Positions 46,402-54,629 of a stretch of 64,000 bases of DNA are shown piece after piece (position 1 is the first letter of the stretch; each line of letters begins with the position of its first letter). The stretch is from Candidatus Xenobia bacterium. GTDB lineage: Bacteria > Vulcanimicrobiota > Xenobia > Xenobiales > QWHO01. Location of the stretch: contig BTUM01000003.1 of NCBI GenBank assembly GCA_045863235.1, positions 1-64,000 of the forward strand. The letters run 5' to 3'. The notes beneath the pieces were generated by a model. It did no database searches, was not told the DNA's origin, and saw nothing but the letters and a program-made list of their open reading frames with translations. Both the position numbers and the translations under genes were made by a program.

Positions 46402-47571
46402 TCAGAGCAGCATCTCTTCCAACCACTCCTGCTGGTCCAGCCCGATGAGCACCTGGCAGGCGGCCAGGCGCACCTCCGGATTCTGATGCTCCAGCGCCAG
46501 CCTCCGCGCCCCCTCCAGGGCCGCTTCCCCGGCGGCGATGCAAAGCTGGGTAGCGGCCGCGCGGATCTGCCACTCGGGCGCCTCCAGGCACGACATCACG
46601 CAGGGCAGCGCCTGGCTCGGGCAATGCCGGGCAAAGGCCACCAACAGCTCCCGCCGCAAGTCAACCTCGGACGTCTCGGAGAGCAACCTCTCCCAGTCGA
46701 GGTCGCGCAACCCGGCCCGCACCACGGCGCAGCGCAAGTCGAGCCGCTCGTGCGCCCACAATTCCCGCAGGCGAGCCTGGTGAGCTTCCTGCTCCAAAGG
46801 CAGCCGCGCCAGCTGGCGCAACGCCTCCAGAATCAATGAATCGTTTGAAGACGACAGGGTCTGGCGCAGCATGCCCGCCACCTGCGGCAAGAATTTCCGG
46901 CCTCCCCACTCCAGCAAGGTCAGGCGCTGCCGGTCGTCGAGCTTGTCCCAGCGCATCCCGATGCGGGTGAAAGTCGGCAGGCCCTGCAGCTCCAGGTATT
47001 CCCAGGCGTGCGCGGCCAGGGGGCCACGCAGCTGCTCGAGCCACAATTCGGCGGAGTCGTCCTCGAACAACGGTGGTTCGGGTCGACCCAGGTCTGACAA
47101 CAGCGCCATGCGCAGCCGCAAGGGGAGATCCGGCTCCCAGTCGGGCCACCACGCCAGCACGCCCGCGGCCGTGCGCGCGTGGGCCGACAGCACGTCGCGC
47201 TGCAACATCTCGACCAGCAGGCAACGCACCGCTTCGGTCTGCTCCTCACCCAACCGCACGATGATGGCCCTGACCGACTCGGTGTCCTGGTTGGTCGGCA
47301 GATCGCGCATGAGGAACTCGACGGCCCGGGCCTGGCGAAAGTTGGCCAGGGCCAGAATGTGGGCGTGGCGCAGTTGCCCGGACGGCATGTCGCGCAGCTG
47401 CTCGATCAGCATGTCGAGCACGTCCTTGCCCTCGTGCCGGCCGTACGCCAGCGCCTTCTCGGGATGCCGGCCGATCTGCTGCAAGACGCCGATCCTCACC
47501 ATGACGTCCGGGCTGCCGACTGCCGAAGCCAGGTCGGCAGCGTTCCGAATGTGCAGTTTCGAGGAGGTCAA
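46402..47571 (-). CDS. HEAT-repeat protein
   Basis: Helical repeats EWQIRAAA, PEVRLAA, DVMVRIG; TTG start overlaps the upstream stop. Confidence 0.75.
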   Translation of the reverse strand: MTSSKLHIRNAADLASAVGSPDVMVRIGVLQQIGRHPEKALAYGRHEGKDVLDMLIEQLRDMPSGQLRHAHILALANFRQARAVEFLMRDLPTNQDTESVRAIIVRLGEEQTEAVRCLLVEMLQRDVLSAHARTAAGVLAWWPDWEPDLPLRLRMALLSDLGRPEPPLFEDDSAELWLEQLRGPLAAHAWEYLELQGLPTFTRIGMRWDKLDDRQRLTLLEWGGRKFLPQVAGMLRQTLSSSNDSLILEALRQLARLPLEQEAHQARLRELWAHERLDLRCAVVRAGLRDLDWERLLSETSEVDLRRELLVAFARHCPSQALPCVMSCLEAPEWQIRAAATQLCIAAGEAALEGARRLALEHQNPEVRLAACQVLIGLDQQEWLEEMLL

Positions 47572-48752
47572 CTCCAGGCCAGGTCGGGCTCTTCGAAGAC
47601 GACTTCGACCGGCCGGGGCCCTCTGCCAGCGATGTCATTGCTGAAGGTGAAGGAGTTGTTGGTCAGGTCGCCTCGAACGCCCCCCTGGACACTGGTGTCG
47701 ATCCCAAGCAGCTCGAGCAGACCAAAGGTGAATTGCGGCTGGATCGAGAGCACCATGAAGATGGTGATCCTGGCATAGACCCCGACGGTCAGGTCGATTC
47801 CCCAGCTCCACTTGTAGCGGAGCCCGACCGTGGCCGGGCGGTAACTGTTGAAAAAGATCTGGCCAGGCGGCACGCCGTCGATCAGGTTGTTCTGGCTGCT
47901 GACGTAAGTGATCAGGCCTGTGTCGTCGGTTGTCTGCTCGCTCACGCTGTAGACGGCTTCGTCCAGGACCACGCCCTCGACCTGAATGTGAATGGGAAAA
48001 CCGAAGCCGAAGGTGGGTCCAAACTGCACCTCGCTTCCCACCACGCTGAGAGCCTCGTTGAAGGCTCGAACCGGGGAAATGAACTGCGAGAGATCGAGCT
48101 TCAGGGTCATCCTGGGGATCAGTTCCCTGGTATTGCCCGAAGGGGCGGCCGGGATGAGCGATGTGCTCGAGTCGGTCATGCCCCAGCCGGCGTGCGCAAC
48201 GGCCGTCGAAGGCTTGAGCTTCTTGGAGATGTCGGCCAGCGCGCCACCCTCGCCCCTGCGAGCCAGGACTTCGATGGCGGTGAGTAGCAGCGCGATGAAA
48301 TCGATGGTGGCCTGCTGGTTGACGTCGACGATGGTGGCCCAGACGTTTTCGAAATACCCGTCCCAGCCGCCCACCCAGCGCACGCCCGCCCAACCGGTGA
48401 TCCTTACCCTGATTTCGAATTTCAGCTGGGCGCCGATGAGGAATCCGGCTTCGGAGGTGGGGGTGCGACCTGCCAGGGTGAGCGTGGTATCGCCGAAGTG
48501 TCCGACCACCAGCTCGGGGTTGAACATGCCCGTGGCCCAACCGGGCCCGGCAAATCCAAGCAGGAACGAGCCTTTCACGGCCAGCACAAAGTTCCAGGCC
48601 AGGGCGGTGAAAGATTCGTCGAGGATGATGAAGGGATACTCTTGGAATACGCCTGGCGTGGGACCGCCCGAATAATAGAACCCGTTGACGAGGCTGACCA
48701 CGTCCTGGTCGCCGCTGGTCAAACGGTGGGTGGTGTGGAGGTTCTTGCTCAT
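47568..48752 (-). CDS. Hypothetical beta-rich protein
   Basis: 394-aa ORF, no recognised motif, coupled to the HEAT gene. Confidence 0.7.
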   Translation of the reverse strand: MSKNLHTTHRLTSGDQDVVSLVNGFYYSGGPTPGVFQEYPFIILDESFTALAWNFVLAVKGSFLLGFAGPGWATGMFNPELVVGHFGDTTLTLAGRTPTSEAGFLIGAQLKFEIRVRITGWAGVRWVGGWDGYFENVWATIVDVNQQATIDFIALLLTAIEVLARRGEGGALADISKKLKPSTAVAHAGWGMTDSSTSLIPAAPSGNTRELIPRMTLKLDLSQFISPVRAFNEALSVVGSEVQFGPTFGFGFPIHIQVEGVVLDEAVYSVSEQTTDDTGLITYVSSQNNLIDGVPPGQIFFNSYRPATVGLRYKWSWGIDLTVGVYARITIFMVLSIQPQFTFGLLELLGIDTSVQGGVRGDLTNNSFTFSNDIAGRGPRPVEVVFEEPDLAWS

Positions 48753-48770
48753 GCTTTCTGCTACCCTTCT

Positions 48771-50180
48771 CTAGACCGGCGTGCCGATGACGATGCCGCT
48801 GGTGCCATCGACGAAGTCGACGATCATGCCCAGCCGGTCATCGAGGTCGGCGTGGTTCTGCATCAGGCCGAAGATGATGCTGTTGACTTCCTGGCCGTCG
48901 ACCCTGTCGCCTCGGGCGAGAATCGTGCGCGCTGCCGCCCCGTCGAAGAGCACGAGCTCGGCGACGTCCACGCAAATGAGCACGTAGTAGATGCGGTCCC
49001 CTCCCCCACGGCAGGGGGGAGCGATGCTCTGGATGGTGTTGCCCAGGGGAGAGAGCCCGTCGGTCTGAGCGATCAGGTTGTTGCCGTAATACAGGCCCAG
49101 GTGGCTGGGGTCGAGATGCAGTACGGACACCGGAATGCCGTTGGTCGTGATGCGAGGACCGTAGATCGAGGTGCCGTCCGGCAGGTCCGGGCTGATGAGG
49201 CGCGGATTGACCGAGCTGGACCTGCGGGCGGAAACCAGCTTGCGAGACTGAGGATCGCCGATCTTACCCTGAACGATCACACAGTCGGGCAGCTTGCCCT
49301 GGCCCTTCTGGGTGATGTCGCCGTCGCCGTCGAAGCCTCCGCTCAAGGTGGCCTGGGCCACGAAGTGCCCGTTGCCCGAAAGCGCGATGTGGCCTATGCC
49401 TGCGGTGGTGCTGGCGCCGTGGGGAACCAGATCCTGAGTGGAAAAAAGGATTTCTGAATTGGTGTGATGGTGGTTGCGCTCGGTCACGTGGGCGACACCG
49501 TCAGCATGCAGCGCGGTTCCATCGTTTACGAAGCTGGAAACGTAAGCGATGTTGCCGTGGTCGTCCAGGCACGGGCAGCTGAAGTCTCCACCCAGATATC
49601 CTCCTCCGCCAGCCCTGGCTCCCCCCATCGTGGCAAACGGAGCCACGTCCCCGTCATCCTCGAGGATGAAGACGGCGGGCGTATTGTCCGGCCGGGTCAG
49701 GGTGGTGACGTAGGTGCCCTCTTTATTGCCCTGTCCCAGCCCGATACCCGACACCGTGGTGCCGTCCGGCAGGGTATCGCCGACCCCGACCACCCGCACC
49801 AGCTCGACCAGCGCGGGGATGCCGGCGATGAAGGTGAGCCCGCCCCGGAAGAGGGCCACATGGTCTTCCTGGTCGACGGCCTGGAAGAAGATGTGCCCGC
49901 CGTTGGTTATCTGCACTCCGCCGGTAAAGGCCTTGAAGGGAGCATTCCTGGCGGAGATAGGCGCGTTCGCCGAGCCTCGCATCTGGCCGCGATTGGTCGT
50001 CGGCAGGCTGATCTCAGAGCTGTGCAAGACGGTGTGAAACCGGAACCCGTTGGGCCCCGGGTTGAGCGTGAGCAGGTCGCCCGGGGGGGGCGAACTGTCT
50101 CCCCCGCAACCCGAGAAGATGATGCCGCTCCCCACGGAAGCGGCCAACATGGCCAGAAAGTCACGTCTTGAAGTCTTCAT
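48771..50180 (-). CDS. Tat-exported putative lipoprotein, beta-propeller-like
   Basis: SRRDFL twin-arginine motif, FSGC lipobox, GAGGAG RBS. Confidence 0.7.
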   Translation of the reverse strand: MKTSRRDFLAMLAASVGSGIIFSGCGGDSSPPPGDLLTLNPGPNGFRFHTVLHSSEISLPTTNRGQMRGSANAPISARNAPFKAFTGGVQITNGGHIFFQAVDQEDHVALFRGGLTFIAGIPALVELVRVVGVGDTLPDGTTVSGIGLGQGNKEGTYVTTLTRPDNTPAVFILEDDGDVAPFATMGGARAGGGGYLGGDFSCPCLDDHGNIAYVSSFVNDGTALHADGVAHVTERNHHHTNSEILFSTQDLVPHGASTTAGIGHIALSGNGHFVAQATLSGGFDGDGDITQKGQGKLPDCVIVQGKIGDPQSRKLVSARRSSSVNPRLISPDLPDGTSIYGPRITTNGIPVSVLHLDPSHLGLYYGNNLIAQTDGLSPLGNTIQSIAPPCRGGGDRIYYVLICVDVAELVLFDGAAARTILARGDRVDGQEVNSIIFGLMQNHADLDDRLGMIVDFVDGTSGIVIGTPV

Positions 50181-50261
50181 GTGTACTCCTCAGCTGGCGG
50201 CTTACCTGGATGACCGTCCAATCAACCCCTCCAGGTTCCCCTCCGTTCCCGGTTACTCGGG

Positions 50262-50372
50262 CTGTCCTGCGCGTTCGGTTTTCGGCCCACGAGCTCCATG
50301 GTCTCCACCGGCAGTCGCTCCCAGCTTTCGCCGATGATAGCGCCCGAATCACGACAAATGAGGCGCCGAAGC
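50262..50372 (-). pseudogene. Diverged, frameshifted copy of the methyltransferase 3' end
   Basis: SWERLPVETMELVGRKP versus SWERLPVEAVEVLGQKP at 50482-50590. Confidence 0.7.
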
Positions 50373-50469
50373 CTGGCGGGACAGGAAGGTCGAGGTGACG
50401 AGCTCGGCCAGCGTGTCACGCTTTGAGGTCTTGCCGGCCAGCTCATGGACTGCGGCGTTGGCTTCGTGT

Positions 50470-52029
50470 TCATCGAGAATGGTCCTGCGACAACGGCTTT
50501 TGTCCCAACACTTCCACGGCCTCCACCGGCAGTCGCTCCCAGCTACGGCGATGGTAGCGCCCGAAGCGCGACAGGCGCGGCGTGGCAGTCTGGGAGGTAA
50601 AGAAGCCTGTGGAGACGGAGCTCGGTTGGGGAGCGACCATGGCCTGGTGGAAATGGTCCATACTTGCACCTGGCAGCGACCCGCTCCGCTTCGGCTCGAA
50701 CCCTGCCTCCCCGATGGCCGCCAGGACCTCGGCCAGCGTGCGCGTGCGGGTGCAGTAGGTGTAGTCGTAGTCGTCCAGGGCCCGGGCCTCCTCCGGAGAC
50801 AAAACCGCATCCTCGCGCACGAAGTCTTTCACGTAGAGAATACCCCCCGGACGCAAGACTCGAAACAGCTCGGCGAACAGCGCGCCCGGAGCGTGCGAAT
50901 ACGAGGCCGATTCCAGCAAGATTGCGGCGTCGAACGAGTCGTCCGCCATCGGCAGAGCATGAAAGTCACCCTCGTGAACCCGCACCCGATCCCCCAGGCC
51001 GCTGGCCGCGATGTGCTCACGCGCGGTGGTGGTCTGAGCCGGGCACAGGGTGACGCCGTCAACGGTCACGTCCAGGCCGCGGGCGATGTCGAGGGCGGGG
51101 CCGCAGACCCCGCAACCGGCATCCAGCACGCGCATGCCGGCGCTCAGCCCGGCCCGCCTGGCGAGCTCGAGGTTCGAGCCCTCCGCGGTTTCTGCCACCA
51201 GCGCGGCCTGGAAGGTCGGGCCCAGGCACGCGAGATAATCTTCGTGCGCTCGCTCGTAGTAAGCACGCACAACCTCCAGGCTGCTGGTGGAGGACTCCTG
51301 CCGGGGCAGGCTGGTCCAGGGGTAGTAGGCCGTCCAGTGAACCTCGCTATTGGCTGGCCGACATTTGAGGTAGCGCGGAGGGCGCGGGCTCAGCGTGTCC
51401 AGCCAGCCTCCTAGCGGCTCCAAATGGGTCGGGTCCTCCACATCGATGGCGAGGCTGGAGGGGTCAGCGAGATCAACCGTGAGGAAGACCAGGGGCCGAC
51501 CACCTGACCGCTCGGTGAGCTCGAGCAGTGTGGCCGCCTTTTCGGCTGATACCAACCGATTCAGAACTGCGGCCAGGCAAGCGCGCGGGAGCTTGCAGAA
51601 AGCGGCCGCCAGGCCCGGCTTGAGCGCGATCCCCCAGCGGCTGTCGGGCGACTCGAGGGCAGGTTGCAGCACCCGCTCGAGGCAAGGCGAAGCCCCACGC
51701 CCGAAGCGTCGCGCGAAGACCCGCAGGGTCGCGATGGGGTAGCGGGAAGCCTGGTCGAGCAGAAAATACTGGGAGGCCTCCGCCACCTGGCCACTGCGGA
51801 AACCGACTTTGGCCCAGACTCCGGGGTTCAAGTGGAATTTCGCCCGCACCAGCTCGTCGGACGCAAGCAGCGGCTTCGGGTCGAGACCCATCCTGGAGAG
51901 GAAGCTCTTCAGCTCTCCCCGATCTGCCAGACGCGTCTGCAACCCCAGACGGGTCGGGTCGTGGCGAGAGAAACTGAGCTCGGCCTCTCGCAACCATGCT
52001 CGGGGAAGCTCTGCCAGTCGGTCGAGCAT
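50470..52029 (-). CDS. Unknown N-terminal domain + class I SAM methyltransferase (sterol/tocopherol MT-like)
   Basis: VLDAGCGVCGP, GVTL, GDFHALP, RVLRPGG. Confidence 0.8.
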   Translation of the reverse strand: MLDRLAELPRAWLREAELSFSRHDPTRLGLQTRLADRGELKSFLSRMGLDPKPLLASDELVRAKFHLNPGVWAKVGFRSGQVAEASQYFLLDQASRYPIATLRVFARRFGRGASPCLERVLQPALESPDSRWGIALKPGLAAAFCKLPRACLAAVLNRLVSAEKAATLLELTERSGGRPLVFLTVDLADPSSLAIDVEDPTHLEPLGGWLDTLSPRPPRYLKCRPANSEVHWTAYYPWTSLPRQESSTSSLEVVRAYYERAHEDYLACLGPTFQAALVAETAEGSNLELARRAGLSAGMRVLDAGCGVCGPALDIARGLDVTVDGVTLCPAQTTTAREHIAASGLGDRVRVHEGDFHALPMADDSFDAAILLESASYSHAPGALFAELFRVLRPGGILYVKDFVREDAVLSPEEARALDDYDYTYCTRTRTLAEVLAAIGEAGFEPKRSGSLPGASMDHFHQAMVAPQPSSVSTGFFTSQTATPRLSRFGRYHRRSWERLPVEAVEVLGQKPLSQDHSR

Positions 52030-54587
52030 CACTCGACGCGCCGATAGCACTTGACCCAGTCGACCAACATGTCCGCGGAACCGTCCGTGGGTGGCTGCCA
52101 GTGGCCGTCCCTGATCTCCTTCACCTGGTTGTCCCAGGCTCCGCCAACGGCGACATTGAGGACGAATGCCTGGGCCGACCATTCACGGTTGATGGTTTGC
52201 CAGTCCGGCACTTTGATTTTGCCCTCATTCTTCTGAGCGACGATGGCTTTGAGGGAGTAGGAGTGGATTCTCGTGGCCGGCGTCACCCCGTCAGCCAGGC
52301 TGACCAGGGTTCCCTCGGAATTGACCTCGGCATCGAGATAGATGTCGTAGCGGACGTCGGTCACGGTCTGGCCGTCTCGGACCTCGTACCAGTCCACCGC
52401 GAAGGTATGCGGCTCGGCCCATTGGGCCGGGGTCAGCCTGGTCTTGATCTCCTCGCTGTCGTCAGGTGGCAGGCTGGCATACCAGGGGTTGTTGCGATAG
52501 TCCAGGTAATTGGGGAAGTCTGGTTGCGCGGTCCGGACCATGATTCTCGAGGTAAAATCAGGCCGCACCTCGATCGGGAGAACGGTCTCCATGACGTCGA
52601 TCTCCCCGGTCTTGGGCCAGGGGTTGGCACCGTCCACCACCCCTGCGGTCCAGAGCGCCGGCCAAAGATGCTGTCCGCGTGGAAGCTTGGCTCGATAGAC
52701 GAAGAGCCCGTACTTCTGCCGGAAGTTGGACCTCACTCGTCCGCTTTGAGCGTACCAGGACTTCTTACTGTTGGAGTACCGAGTGCCGGCCACCTTGATG
52801 CGCAAACCCCCGCCCGGAGGGAATACCACGTTTTCCTTGATGTACTCGACGGGCGAGCTGGCGGGGTCCTGGAAGGTTTCCACCACCCAGGCGGACGTGT
52901 CCGTGAAGGTGCTTTCGTAAACACTCTCATACCGGGTCGAGGGAGGGGCGACCGGTGCGGCCAACGCCACCGGCAGGGCCAGTGGCGGGTACAGCCGCCT
53001 CACCGCTTTGGGGATTTTCGCCGGCTTGTCGCCCGGACCTGAGATATTCTCTCCACGCTCTTTCAGAGGTTCTTGCTCCCACCAGAACCCCGAGGGCGTG
53101 CGGGGGGACGGATGGACGTTTCGCCCCATGAAGACGGCGTCAATGTGCTCGGTGTCGCGTACCCCGACGACGCCGAATCCGAACCAGGGATAGGGCTTGA
53201 CATCTTTGAGATCGGTCGGATCGGGCTGCGAGCCTCCGCTTCCGCACACGAGTTGGGAAACTGTCCCCCCCCCAGGCGGCTGCTTGGTGGACATCAGGTG
53301 AGCGTGCGCAGAGAAATAGCCGCGCACCTTGGTGTTGGGACCCGCATTCAGAATCTGAAAGAAAGTCTGCGCCTGCGCGGGGTTGATCCCGAATTCCGAG
53401 TAAATCGCCTGGATGGGCCGGTGACCAAAAACGAAAATATGCCGGACGGTCTCATCCTGCTGGGCCCGCGCCAACTCTCTCCGAACCCACCCCAAAGGGA
53501 TGAAGCCCACATTCTGGGCGCCCTCCCCGACATAGGTATCGGTGTTCAACACCATGAAGAAATATTCGCCAAAGTCTGATATCTGGCCGTCAGCGGAGGC
53601 CCGGAAGGTATAGGAGAGCCTGCTTTCGTCGCGCTGAATGTTGTCCTCGCCCTTCCGCGGTCCGTTCCCTCCCACGATATAGGAAGCCATCTGGGATACG
53701 AAGACCGCGCCGCTGCCTTGATTGGGCAATTCCTGCTTGTTGGACCTGGTCCGATAGCACATCTCGTGATTTCCCGGCAGGACGACCACCGTGATGTCCG
53801 GAGGGAAAAGAGAGCCCTCCGGCGGGGGCGTCACGTTGGCCTGCTGTCCATCCCGGGCGATGATCACGGGACCGTTGGCGCGAATCTTCTTCCAATGCCT
53901 CAGTTCGAAGTCGAGGATGCCCGGAGCGTCATTTTTTACATCAGTCTTGGGTTTCTCAACCACGTCGCCGAGCAAGAAGATGAACTTGGGCCTCGGGTTG
54001 AGCGATCTGATGTCCTGGAAGTGCTGCCTGAGCTGGGCCACATTGGCCGTTGAATTTTTCTCGGCCGCGTTGAGCTGGTCTCGGAATTCAGGCCTGTCGT
54101 CGAACGTGCCCGCCTCCGAGGCACGATTGCAGCCAAAGAAGGCGAAGGAGAATTTGATATCGGGTCCCACGACGGGATTGTCTCTGGCTTGCGCCGCGGC
54201 CTTCGGGAGCAGGACCAGGGACGGGTTCTGGATACCGTTCCGAAAATCGTCCTCCTGCAAATTCTTGGCCGACTCGACAAAGGATGCGATGACCTGGCCG
54301 GTGTCATCGAGATACTCCAGCGCGAGCGTGCTGACGTCGGGCGCGACCTGGACCGTCACCGTGTGGCTGGCAGGCAGCGTCGTCGACGAGACGTGCTCAC
54401 CTTCGACATCCGCCGCGGTCACGCGCAGTTGGGTGGCGCCCTCCGGAACGTCGCCCCGGATCTCGACGGGATAGGACCCGTCCACGACGACCGGAGCCGC
54501 GCCCGTCGCCCCCCCCTGGGCGCCGCAGCCGAACAGACTGAGCGCCAGGCACAGGAGGAGCACGGCTCGTTTGTACAGGTTGATCAC
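52029..54587 (-). CDS. Lipoprotein: calcineurin-like metallophosphoesterase + GH16 glucanase
   Basis: LFGC lipobox; GD, GNHE, GH and HAH motifs; WPALW and EIDVME GH16 motif. Confidence 0.8.
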   Translation of the reverse strand: MINLYKRAVLLLCLALSLFGCGAQGGATGAAPVVVDGSYPVEIRGDVPEGATQLRVTAADVEGEHVSSTTLPASHTVTVQVAPDVSTLALEYLDDTGQVIASFVESAKNLQEDDFRNGIQNPSLVLLPKAAAQARDNPVVGPDIKFSFAFFGCNRASEAGTFDDRPEFRDQLNAAEKNSTANVAQLRQHFQDIRSLNPRPKFIFLLGDVVEKPKTDVKNDAPGILDFELRHWKKIRANGPVIIARDGQQANVTPPPEGSLFPPDITVVVLPGNHEMCYRTRSNKQELPNQGSGAVFVSQMASYIVGGNGPRKGEDNIQRDESRLSYTFRASADGQISDFGEYFFMVLNTDTYVGEGAQNVGFIPLGWVRRELARAQQDETVRHIFVFGHRPIQAIYSEFGINPAQAQTFFQILNAGPNTKVRGYFSAHAHLMSTKQPPGGGTVSQLVCGSGGSQPDPTDLKDVKPYPWFGFGVVGVRDTEHIDAVFMGRNVHPSPRTPSGFWWEQEPLKERGENISGPGDKPAKIPKAVRRLYPPLALPVALAAPVAPPSTRYESVYESTFTDTSAWVVETFQDPASSPVEYIKENVVFPPGGGLRIKVAGTRYSNSKKSWYAQSGRVRSNFRQKYGLFVYRAKLPRGQHLWPALWTAGVVDGANPWPKTGEIDVMETVLPIEVRPDFTSRIMVRTAQPDFPNYLDYRNNPWYASLPPDDSEEIKTRLTPAQWAEPHTFAVDWYEVRDGQTVTDVRYDIYLDAEVNSEGTLVSLADGVTPATRIHSYSLKAIVAQKNEGKIKVPDWQTINREWSAQAFVLNVAVGGAWDNQVKEIRDGHWQPPTDGSADMLVDWVKCYRRVE

Positions 54588-54629
54588 GCGAGACCGACTT
54601 TCAGGAGACCGGGTTCCCCCCCCGTCATT

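Noticed and set aside
50262..50590. Repeat pair as a diversity-generating retroelement TR/VR
   Set aside because: Differences are not confined to adenines, there is an indel, and no reverse transcriptase is in the window.
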